From: Phormidiaceae cyanobacterium CTOTU46636
GTDB lineage: Bacteria > Cyanobacteriota > Cyanobacteriia > Cyanobacteriales > Aerosakkonemataceae
Assembly (NCBI GenBank): GCA_031969595.1
Contig: DALYKA010000154.1
Coordinates: 1 to 16,358, forward strand
Reading direction: 5' to 3'
DNA length: 16,358 bases
The notes below the pieces were generated by a model. The model was not told the origin of the DNA. It was given only the letters and a program-made list of their open reading frames with translations, and ran no database searches. Position numbers and translations under genes: made by a program. Positions 1 to 6,796 of the stretch are shown piece after piece (within the stretch, counting starts at the first letter, position 1; each line of letters begins with the position of its first letter).

Positions 1-345
1 GGTTTATATCGCCATGAAGGAGTTGTTTTAAATATAGAAACCCAGTCCTTGGGATTTCAATGGAAATTCAAACCCCCTTCAATGGAAGAATATCACCGCA
101 CCGCCAGAGTCAGCATCCGTCCGATTACCATCTTTCACTCGCTATGGAAAATGGTAGATCGAGGCGAAGAAGTTTCCCTAGATGCTTTAATAGAAAACAT
201 GTCCCTGGAATACGGAAATGAACCCGTATCGCACTATCAAAATCTGATTTCCCATCATTACTGGATGTGGTTATCTAAACATTATGGTTTAACCGCCAAA
301 GAATCGTTAAGCACAAGTTTAACAACCCCAGACAATCCCTATTAG
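1..345 (+). CDS. Hypothetical protein, 5'-truncated. The reading frame is open from base 1, and the listed 49..345 ORF is its 3' part.
   Basis: Frame 1 has no stop from position 1 to the TAG at 343-345. The ORF track starts this ORF at a TTG at 49. I recognise no domain. It sits immediately upstream of the nucleotidyltransferase gene, separated from it only by a heptamer repeat tract. Confidence 0.3.
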   Translation, partial: GLYRHEGVVLNIETQSLGFQWKFKPPSMEEYHRTARVSIRPITIFHSLWKMVDRGEEVSLDALIENMSLEYGNEPVSHYQNLISHHYWMWLSKHYGLTAKESLSTSLTTPDNPY

Positions 346-410
346 CAATTAGCAATTAGCAATTAGCAATTAGCAATTAGCAATTACCAATTACCAATTA
401 CCAATTACCA
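341..410. repeat. Tandem heptanucleotide repeat of the cyanobacterial STRR type: six copies of ATTAGCA followed by four copies of ATTACCA.
   Basis: Read directly from the sequence: attagca x6 at 341-382, then attacca x4 at 383-410. It fills the gap between the stop of the upstream ORF and the ATG at 415. Confidence 0.9.
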
Positions 411-414
411 AATT

Positions 415-1500
415 ATGAACCGCCTAGAAGTTGAAAACAGAACAATACTCATTGCTTTAACTGGTTCTAGAGGTTACGGATTAGCAACAGAAACCTCAGA
501 TTACGACTATCGCGGCGTTTTTATTGCGAGCAAACCTTACTATCTGGGATTTGAGAAAATTGAACAAAAAGATAGAGGATGGACGGACGAACCAGGAAAC
601 TTTTCTTATTTAGCTAGAGACACTTGTATCTATGAGTTGAGGAAGTTTTTAGAATTATCTGCCGATAATAACCCGAACATTCTAGAGTTGCTGTGGTTTA
701 AAGACTACGTGCATCTAACCGAAATTGGCAGAATCTTACAACAACAGCGACACATATTTTTGTCTAAGAAAGTCAAGCATACTTATGCAGGATATGGATA
801 TGCTCAAATCAAGAAACTAGAATCGCACCGCCGATGGTTACTAGATCCGCCTCAAGAAAAGACAAAACCAGAAGATTTCGGATTAGAACCAAATCAACCT
901 CTGGGGTTAGTTGATATTAATTCATTTTTGGAATACCTGTATTTGTTGATACGCGATCGCATCCAATTTCTCTCAGAATCAGAGGAACTTTATAACCTAT
1001 TGATGGCTGAAATTGACTACAAAGGAGTGTTAAAACAATACCCGCTTCCAGAAAAAACGCTCGATTATACCCAAAAACTAACAAATAGCTCAAAAGACTT
1101 CATCAAACTGTTGCAAAAAAGCCAGAAATATAACAGCGCTTGCCGCGAATACGACAACTACCAACAATGGAAAAAAAATCGCAACCCAGCTAGAGCAGCA
1201 ATGGAAGCAAAAGTCGGTTACGATTGTAAATTTGCCATGCAAGCAATTCGGCTGTTGCGAACAGGAATAGAAATCTTAGAGACAGGAAACGTGATAGTTG
1301 ACCGCCGAGAAGCCGGAGATGCGAGCGAGTTATTAGCGATTAAAAATGGCGATTACAGCTACGAAGCCGTAATGAAGATTGCCTCAGATCTGTATAACGG
1401 ACTAGATGTTGCTTATACAAAATCTACCTTGCCCAGAGGAGTAGATAAAGAGGCAGTAAATCAACTCTGCATCGATTTAGTTGAACGGCAAGGATGGTAA
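415..1500 (+). CDS. Nucleotidyltransferase of the Pol-beta superfamily, RlaP/COG3541 (Nuc-transf) family.
   Basis: The N-terminal motif LIALTGSRGYGLATETSDYDYRGVF matches the GS-x-YG ... SD-x-D-x-RGV signature of the RlaP/COG3541 predicted nucleotidyltransferases. The 361-aa length fits this family. Confidence 0.65.
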   Translation: MNRLEVENRTILIALTGSRGYGLATETSDYDYRGVFIASKPYYLGFEKIEQKDRGWTDEPGNFSYLARDTCIYELRKFLELSADNNPNILELLWFKDYVHLTEIGRILQQQRHIFLSKKVKHTYAGYGYAQIKKLESHRRWLLDPPQEKTKPEDFGLEPNQPLGLVDINSFLEYLYLLIRDRIQFLSESEELYNLLMAEIDYKGVLKQYPLPEKTLDYTQKLTNSSKDFIKLLQKSQKYNSACREYDNYQQWKKNRNPARAAMEAKVGYDCKFAMQAIRLLRTGIEILETGNVIVDRREAGDASELLAIKNGDYSYEAVMKIASDLYNGLDVAYTKSTLPRGVDKEAVNQLCIDLVERQGW

Positions 1501-1663
1501 AACACCTGATATGATTTCCGCCCAATTGCCATAATAAAAAAACCTGATAAAGTTGTTGCGTAGGGACACGGCATCAGAGATATATCGAATAAACAAATAA
1601 CGTTGATATTGCCGTGTACCGGCTACTAATTATGGGTAATTTTAAGGACATGATATGAGATTA

Positions 1664-1929
1664 GAAACCGGGTTTCTTGCGGCAATTTCTCGTTACCATA
1701 AACGATTTTTCATAGAAACCCGGTTGGGAGCATGTCAAGTTTGTAAATTTACGCCAGCACCCGCGCATGGTGCGGCTATACAAACGCGAGCCATCCTTCG
1801 CGGGCTAAAGCTTTTAAAGCCTGCGTACCGCTAACGCGGAACCCGGAGGGTAGGCAGGCTTTGTTTGTGTAGCGACACCATGCGCGGGTGTCGGCTACTC
1901 TCGTTGACATGCTCCCAACCCGGTTTCTT
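1664..1929. repeat. MITE-like structured element, a long imperfect nested hairpin with terminal inverted repeats of the GAAACCCGG type.
   Basis: gaaacccggttgggagcatgtcaag at 1715-1739 is the reverse complement of ttgacatgctcccaacccggtttc at about 1894-1929. The inner arms also pair: cacccgcgcatggtg at 1759-1773 with caccatgcgcgggtg at 1877-1891, and ctatacaaac with gtttgtgtag. A third copy of the terminal motif, gaaaccgggtttc, sits at 1664-1676. The element lies between two convergent genes. Confidence 0.4.
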
Positions 1930-1932
1930 TAA

Positions 1933-3537
1933 TTAGCCATAGACAAAGTAGGTAAACTTTCCTTTTGCAGGACTCAATCCTTTTGTTGCCAAACCATTGG
2001 CAAAATTGATTGCACCAGCTTGAGCAATGCGAGGATTGTTTGGTTCGCCCGGTTCAGGACGAACTACAACGATATGTCCAATTCCTCCCGGATTTTTCCA
2101 ACAGCCCAAGGTAGGAATTCCCTTACTTGCTGCTGCCGAAGCAACGGCAGCATTAACTTTACGCCATCCATTTGCCGGGTTATTCAACCAGTCAAACATG
2201 GCATTTGCATCTTGCTCTTTTTCCCCAACCCAGTGAGTTAAAGGCGCGCGCAGACAACGCATAACATCCCGAGCAAATATATTGCAGCAGGTGACACTTC
2301 CGTCAGGCCAAAAACGTTTATTACCAGAATCTTCCACGTTGAAGTAGTTAATTACTGCACGAATTTGATCCGCAGAACGAGATTCTGAATCGGCAACAAC
2401 AGGCATATCCGCGTCTTTAATATACCGCGCTCGCTGTCCAGGATTTCCGCTCCATTCTTTAGGGTTAGAATTGGATGGATTTGCGTATCGGCTGCCGAAT
2501 GTAGGCGGGAAGAAAAAGCCAGCTTCTACCCGTTGCTTTTCGCTTGCAGATAAATCCCCAAACTTGACTAGCTGAGGTGCTTTAAACTTACCACCAAGCG
2601 CTGTCCAAGTTTGTTCGCCAACTACCCCATCTACAGTAAGATTGGCTTCGGTTTGAAATGCTATAACAGCCGCTTCGGTTTTAGGGCCAAAATCTCCATC
2701 TACTGTTCCGGCATTAAACCCTCTGGCATTCAAAACTTTTTGCAGTGCTTGAACATCTTCCCCTTTACTACCTAGACGCAGAAAACGGCTGAGAGTTGGT
2801 AATTCAAAGTCAGAATAGACTAAATTCCACGCTTCGCCACGCTTGCCTACATCAGGAATGCGCCAAATTGACGAACCAGGAAAATTACTCAGGTAATCTT
2901 GAAGTTCTGCTGCCGTCGCCGGTTTTGTTGCATCGCTTTCGGAACTCCAGATTGGCAGAATTGGTTTATTCAAACCTAGCCGCTTATGAGCATCCAAACA
3001 AGCCTTAACTTCTTCTGAAGTAGTCAACAAGAAATTGAATTTTTCAAAATAGATTTGAGGTAAAGCAATATCGCAATACTCATCCAACATTTTCCAAGGA
3101 ACGTTAGGATGAAATCCAGGATGTCCAAAACTGGTATATCCGAGCGTTCCTTCTTTAACTAATGAACGTAGAGTAGCAAGAAGCTTTTCTACATTTGGGT
3201 GAGTAGTTTGGTTCTTAACTTCTTCTTCTACATCCAGGATATAACCATCAAGTCCGCAGGCAAGCGCTTGTTTAACTTTGGCTACCTGTTCGTCAACATC
3301 AGCAGTGCCGTAGTGATATCCCCATCCATAAACTTGAATCCCTTGGGATTGGAATTCTTGAACGATTTCAGCAGAACATTGCCAATCCCAAAATGTGGGT
3401 TGGAGTTTACCTTTAAATTTGCCATCAAAGACTTTGAGATAAACTCGCTTAACCTGGCGTTCAACTAGCCGAGCTAGATAATCGCTGCGAATTTCTGACA
3501 AATTCCAAATCCAAATTCCACGAGGTTGATTCACCAC
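1933..3537 (-). CDS. Secreted multidomain cell-wall hydrolase. It has an N-terminal glycoside-hydrolase-like (GH25-like) domain, a central peptidoglycan-binding domain (PG_binding_1), and a C-terminal Cys/His hydrolase-like domain.
   Basis: The segment LRLGSKGEDVQALQKVLNARGFNAGTVDGDFGPKTEAAVIAFQTEANLTVDGVVGEQTWTAL is a textbook PG_binding_1 repeat. The N-terminal region has GH25-like motifs (GIWIWNLSE, GWGYHYG), which is a tentative call. The C-terminal part has conserved Cys (TCCNIF) and His (GHIVVV) residues suggestive of a CHAP or NlpC-like domain, also tentative. Confidence 0.6.
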   Translation of the reverse strand: MVNQPRGIWIWNLSEIRSDYLARLVERQVKRVYLKVFDGKFKGKLQPTFWDWQCSAEIVQEFQSQGIQVYGWGYHYGTADVDEQVAKVKQALACGLDGYILDVEEEVKNQTTHPNVEKLLATLRSLVKEGTLGYTSFGHPGFHPNVPWKMLDEYCDIALPQIYFEKFNFLLTTSEEVKACLDAHKRLGLNKPILPIWSSESDATKPATAAELQDYLSNFPGSSIWRIPDVGKRGEAWNLVYSDFELPTLSRFLRLGSKGEDVQALQKVLNARGFNAGTVDGDFGPKTEAAVIAFQTEANLTVDGVVGEQTWTALGGKFKAPQLVKFGDLSASEKQRVEAGFFFPPTFGSRYANPSNSNPKEWSGNPGQRARYIKDADMPVVADSESRSADQIRAVINYFNVEDSGNKRFWPDGSVTCCNIFARDVMRCLRAPLTHWVGEKEQDANAMFDWLNNPANGWRKVNAAVASAAASKGIPTLGCWKNPGGIGHIVVVRPEPGEPNNPRIAQAGAINFANGLATKGLSPAKGKFTYFVYG

Positions 3538-3845
3538 GATAATACTCCTATTAAATCTAATTAAATAACCACCCCTCAGCCGCTGGCCTTTCAGTACCTG
3601 TAGCGTGTAACGCTACAAGAGATAGAATCAATAGCATTCGGGTTTGTTCCCCACAATTGGCTAGAGTAATGTTTTAATTTCACCAATGCAGTTCTCTATG
3701 AATTTAACTTTTGAGAAAGCTTGTTACCAGTCGCTTTTTTTTGTGACACATAAATGTGGTAACATATAATACGTAACTCAAAAGGGTGAGTTAAAAAATT
3801 TTTTATAATGTTAAATCTGAGATTTTGAAATTAATAAAGGAAAAA

Positions 3846-3905
3846 CTCCCGCAGTCGGTTGATATGCTGGGGGAGTTGTGTTATAGGGGTAGGATGCGAT
3901 CGCGC
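3846..3905. repeat. Copy 1 of a short dispersed hairpin repeat, CCGCAGTCGGT-stem/loop-TTGTGTTATRGGGGTAGG followed by a HIP1 site. It probably also serves as a rho-independent terminator for the minus-strand ORF 3942..4136.
   Basis: The stem is aactccc...gggagtt. On the minus strand the stem is followed by TTTCCTTTATT. Related copies are at 5711-5762 and 5796-5835. Confidence 0.4.
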
Positions 3906-3941
3906 ACCCCAAAGCAACAGCTGTGCGTCGGATATCATCCG

Positions 3942-4136
3942 CTACTTCGTTTGTTGCTCTTTCCATTCAAAGTACTCGCGCAGCACGTTTTCTAACCCCT
4001 CGCTGTAATCGAATCCATTGTCGATGCAGTAGATTTTAAACTTTCTGAGCAAGTCTTGCGGTATTAACCCCCTGACCATGCTGTAATTAGGATCTTTCTT
4101 CTTGTCGGTCACAGTAGCGATGTGTCGATGTAGCAA
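3942..4136 (-). CDS. Small ribbon-helix-helix-like protein, possibly a CopG/Arc-type regulator. The true start may be the internal Met (MVRGL...) at 4079.
   Basis: MVRGLIPQDLLRKFKIYCIDNGFDYSEGLENVLREYF shows the beta-strand, helix, helix pattern of RHH proteins. There is no adjacent partner gene. The call is tentative. Confidence 0.3.
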   Translation of the reverse strand: MLHRHIATVTDKKKDPNYSMVRGLIPQDLLRKFKIYCIDNGFDYSEGLENVLREYFEWKEQQTK

Positions 4137-4319
4137 CTACCGCTCCATTATTTCACTTTCTCTTTGCGAATCGATTTTGTTGTTACGTTGCAGGGTTGTA
4201 AAGTTGCAACTTTATGGTATAGTACTACCAGCAACATAAAAAGCGCCGCGCCCAGGGTGAAGCAGACCCAAAGCGCGACTTTACCACCCATAGACATACC
4301 TACAGGAGGCACATAAACC

Positions 4320-4571
4320 ATGTTACAGACTGATGTCTCATCAGCAAATTTCCCCTTTGTGCCGCTAGAAACTGCGGACAGTTTGCTAGCTGGAACGGAT
4401 GATTACGAAGTGGTGCGGGTTCTAGTAATTGGTTCCCACAGAGGAGTTACTTCTACAATTCGCACGCTTTATGTCGTTCGATTTGCTCAAATTCACGAGT
4501 GGAGTCCATTGTTACCTGCACCCGCCTCTGGTGAGGTGATGAGTATTTTGACTCGGCGAATCAGGTTCTAG
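4320..4571 (+). CDS. Hypothetical small protein of 83 aa.
   Basis: A consensus Shine-Dalgarno AGGAGG lies 10 nt upstream of the ATG (acaggaggcacataaaccATG), which is unusual for cyanobacteria. I recognise no domain. Confidence 0.45.
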   Translation: MLQTDVSSANFPFVPLETADSLLAGTDDYEVVRVLVIGSHRGVTSTIRTLYVVRFAQIHEWSPLLPAPASGEVMSILTRRIRF

Positions 4572-4712
4572 TGAATCATTAAGCGGATTGAGAGCGATCG
4601 CGTGTCGATGTTGGATGCGATCGCCCAGTTGTGTTTTGGGGTTGCGATCGCATGTATAGCACAATTGCTAAAATGATGGCGATCGCTCACTAGAATTTGG
4701 CAGCAAACTAAT

Positions 4713-5183
4713 ATGAAACTTCCTCGTTATCGAATTGGCGACCCGATTTTACCAACCGAATCAGAAGCGGCTATGGCACTAGAGAGTAGCCACATTTTGG
4801 CATCTTATTTAGAAAATCGATCAGGCAGTTGCACCATCAAACTGATGGAAGATGAAACTAACGGAAAAACCATTGAAATTCCGGCTCATGTCATGCAACT
4901 CTTGGTGGAGATTTTAGTACATACGGGGATGGAACACCCGGTCAAAATTAAACCGTATACAAAAGAACTCGCAGATTATCAAGCCGCTGACATTTTGGGT
5001 ATCACCCGTCACCAAGTATGGGAATTAATGAACTCTGGCAAAATTCCCTACAAAATAGAGGGAAACATTCACCTGATGAGCTACCAAGATGTAATTGAAT
5101 ATAAAAAGCAGGATGACGCGAGACGCGATCAAATTATGGATGAACTGGTTGCTGAATCCCAAGCAATGGGTCTGTACGATTAA
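4713..5183 (+). CDS. Excisionase-family (MerR-like HTH_17) DNA-binding protein, the putative antitoxin of an HTH-PIN toxin-antitoxin pair.
   Basis: The C-terminal segment LADYQAADILGITRHQVWELMNSGKIPYKIEGNIHLMSYQDV matches the excisionase/HTH_17 helix-turn-helix pattern. Its stop is 3 nt before the start of the PIN gene. Confidence 0.55.
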   Translation: MKLPRYRIGDPILPTESEAAMALESSHILASYLENRSGSCTIKLMEDETNGKTIEIPAHVMQLLVEILVHTGMEHPVKIKPYTKELADYQAADILGITRHQVWELMNSGKIPYKIEGNIHLMSYQDVIEYKKQDDARRDQIMDELVAESQAMGLYD

Positions 5184-5186
5184 ACT

Positions 5187-5762
5187 ATGACAGATTTAAT
5201 TGTTGTCTATGATGCCAATGTCTTGTATTCAGCACCTCTACGGGATTTTTTGGTTGAGTTAGCACTTACCTCTGTTTTTGAGGCTCGGTGGACAGAGGAA
5301 ATTCACTCGGAATGGATGAGAAATGTACTGCAAAACCGTCCAGATCTGACGCTGGAACAGGTTACAAGAACCAAAAATTTGATGAATGCACACGTTAAAA
5401 ATTGTTTGGTGACAGACTATGAAGAATTAATTCCACAATTGCAGCTTCCAGATCCAGGCGATTCTCATGTCTTCGCAGCGGCAATTCGTTCTCGAGCGGG
5501 TTTCATCGTCACTTTTAATCTGAGTGATTTTCCGAACGAGATTCTTGCACCGTACAACATTCGAGCAATACACCCCGATAGATTTATCTTACGCTTGCTT
5601 GACCTTAATTCCGACGCAGTTTGCCAAGCCGCCCAAACACAACGGCTGCGGCTAAGAAATCCACCGAAAACGCCTGATGAGTATCTGGAAACGCTGATAA
5701 ATCAAGGACTGCCGCAGTCGGTCAGTCTGTTGCGGCAGTTGTGTTATGGGGGTAGTTTCTGA
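5187..5762 (+). CDS. PIN-domain protein (PIN_3-like), putative toxin.
   Basis: The N-terminus LIVVYDANVLYSAPLRDFLVELAL is typical of the first PIN strand and catalytic Asp. The HTH+PIN_3 gene-pair architecture is a known type II toxin-antitoxin arrangement. Confidence 0.6.
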   Translation: MTDLIVVYDANVLYSAPLRDFLVELALTSVFEARWTEEIHSEWMRNVLQNRPDLTLEQVTRTKNLMNAHVKNCLVTDYEELIPQLQLPDPGDSHVFAAAIRSRAGFIVTFNLSDFPNEILAPYNIRAIHPDRFILRLLDLNSDAVCQAAQTQRLRLRNPPKTPDEYLETLINQGLPQSVSLLRQLCYGGSF

Positions 5763-5903
5763 ATTTGAATTTTCAGATCTGAAAATTTGCGGCTAGACTA
5801 CGGCAGTTGAGATATGGGGTAGGGTGCGATCGCCCTGGGATTCACTGGTGAATTTTTGTTGAAATGCCTAGTAATGAGAATTTCCGCAGTCAGCGCTTAT
5901 TTC

Positions 5904-5975
5904 CAAATTTGGAAATCGTGCTATATTATGTAAGTGTCAAGGTTGACACAAAGTGTCAAGTCTTGACATCTATAA
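5904..5975. promoter_or_regulatory. Cluster of palindromes (operator-like sites) overlapping -35-like TTGACA hexamers, upstream of ORF 6257..6514.
   Basis: tttccaaatttggaaa is a 16-nt perfect palindrome. It is followed by gtgtcaa-gg-ttgacac and tgtcaag-tc-ttgaca, two inverted repeats of TGTCAA/TTGACA, and a TATATT -10-like element lies just upstream. Confidence 0.3.
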
Positions 5976-6256
5976 GAAATTGCTTAAATTCCTAATTGGT
6001 ACTTAGGGAAAAAGCAGTAGCTCTAGGGTGTTCTAGGGCGTTACAAGGTGAAAATTTTTATGCGAGGGCGATTAAGTGGTATTTTTGATAGAAAATGCCT
6101 AAAAATCGTCCTTTTTGGTATTTGACTAATGTGAAAAAGTGGCTTTAATATAGATATAGCTTGGCTATCAGCTTATATGGAGTACCAACCCTTGAAAGTC
6201 AAGCTTTTATTTCACCTAGTAAAGCCCAAAATTACAGAACGTTACCCCAAAATTAA

Positions 6257-6514
6257 ATGAGAAATTCAATGAAACAAAATGAATCTCGAAATCCTCTAGA
6301 GCTGCTTGAAAAGTTGCTTGACCATCCTCATGGTTTTGAATTAGCAAAGATGGTTGATCGGCTATACAACGATGTTGATATACAGCCACATCGCCAGCTT
6401 GTTGCTAAAGCCCTCACTCAAGCTGAGAGTTTAGGGATGGATAAAAGACAAATACCGCATTTCATGAGCATGACTAGCGATGAAATTCGGATGTGGATGA
6501 CTCAGAATTCTTAG
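6257..6514 (+). CDS. Hypothetical protein of 85 aa.
   Basis: The ORF is followed by a perfect palindromic hairpin at 6530-6553. No domain recognised. Confidence 0.35.
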   Translation: MRNSMKQNESRNPLELLEKLLDHPHGFELAKMVDRLYNDVDIQPHRQLVAKALTQAESLGMDKRQIPHFMSMTSDEIRMWMTQNS

Positions 6515-6529
6515 CTGAGAAGCACTCAC

Positions 6530-6553
6530 CAGCTGGGAAATAAATTTCCCAGC
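6530..6553 (+). terminator. Perfect 24-nt palindrome (agctgggaaat aa atttcccagct) downstream of ORF 6257..6514. A second long hairpin follows at 6571-6636.
   Basis: An 11-bp perfect stem read from the sequence. There is no clean U-run after it, so it may act as a structural or bidirectional terminator in the convergent gap with cobN. Confidence 0.3.
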
Positions 6554-6660
6554 TAATAGCTAAAGTTGTACGGGCGAAGCATTCGGTGCGAAATCTTTTG
6601 GCGAAACCAACAATTTGTCGTCCGAATGCTTCGCCCCTACGTGGACTGAAATTGCTCATC

Positions 6661-6745
6661 AGTCCTCTTGAGAGGACTTTAGCTATTAGCCAGGGATTTT
6701 AATCCCTGGCGGGTAATGCCATTGATGCAAGATTTCAGAATAACA
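6661..6745. repeat. Copy A of a short dispersed structured repeat: hairpin agtcctcttgagaggact, then hairpin ccagggattttaatccctgg, then a GGCGGG..ATGC..TGATGCAAGATT tail.
   Basis: A near-identical copy B lies at 12631-12712 in the same orientation. The second hairpin shows a compensatory change between copies: ccaggga/tccctgg in copy A against ccagggg/cccctgg in copy B. Confidence 0.6.
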
Positions 6746-6796
6746 ATATTGGCTAGTTAGATGGTGCGTTACGCTATCGCTAACGCACCCTACCAA

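Noticed and set aside
341-410. Tandem heptamer array considered as a possible CRISPR array
   Set aside because: The units are 7 nt long and directly tandem, with no spacers. This is a microsatellite of the STRR type, not CRISPR.
2020-3468. Small ORFs on both strands inside the cell-wall hydrolase gene (2020-2241, 2027-2236, 2796-3008, 3199-3468, 3282-3464)
   Set aside because: They overlap the 534-aa ORF, which carries a clear PG_binding_1 domain, and have no features of their own.
3741-3770. Sigma70-like promoter TTGTGA-N18-TATAAT on the plus strand upstream of the region antisense to the RHH ORF
   Set aside because: It is followed within a few nucleotides by a hairpin and has no downstream plus-strand gene for 550 nt. 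I cannot distinguish it from chance in this AT-rich intergenic DNA. It would be worth a look only if TSS data exist.
6474-6659. 61-aa minus-strand ORF in the convergent intergenic region
   Set aside because: It is formed entirely by the two arms of the long hairpin gggcgaagcattcgg...ccgaatgcttcgccc, so it is a structural element rather than coding sequence.
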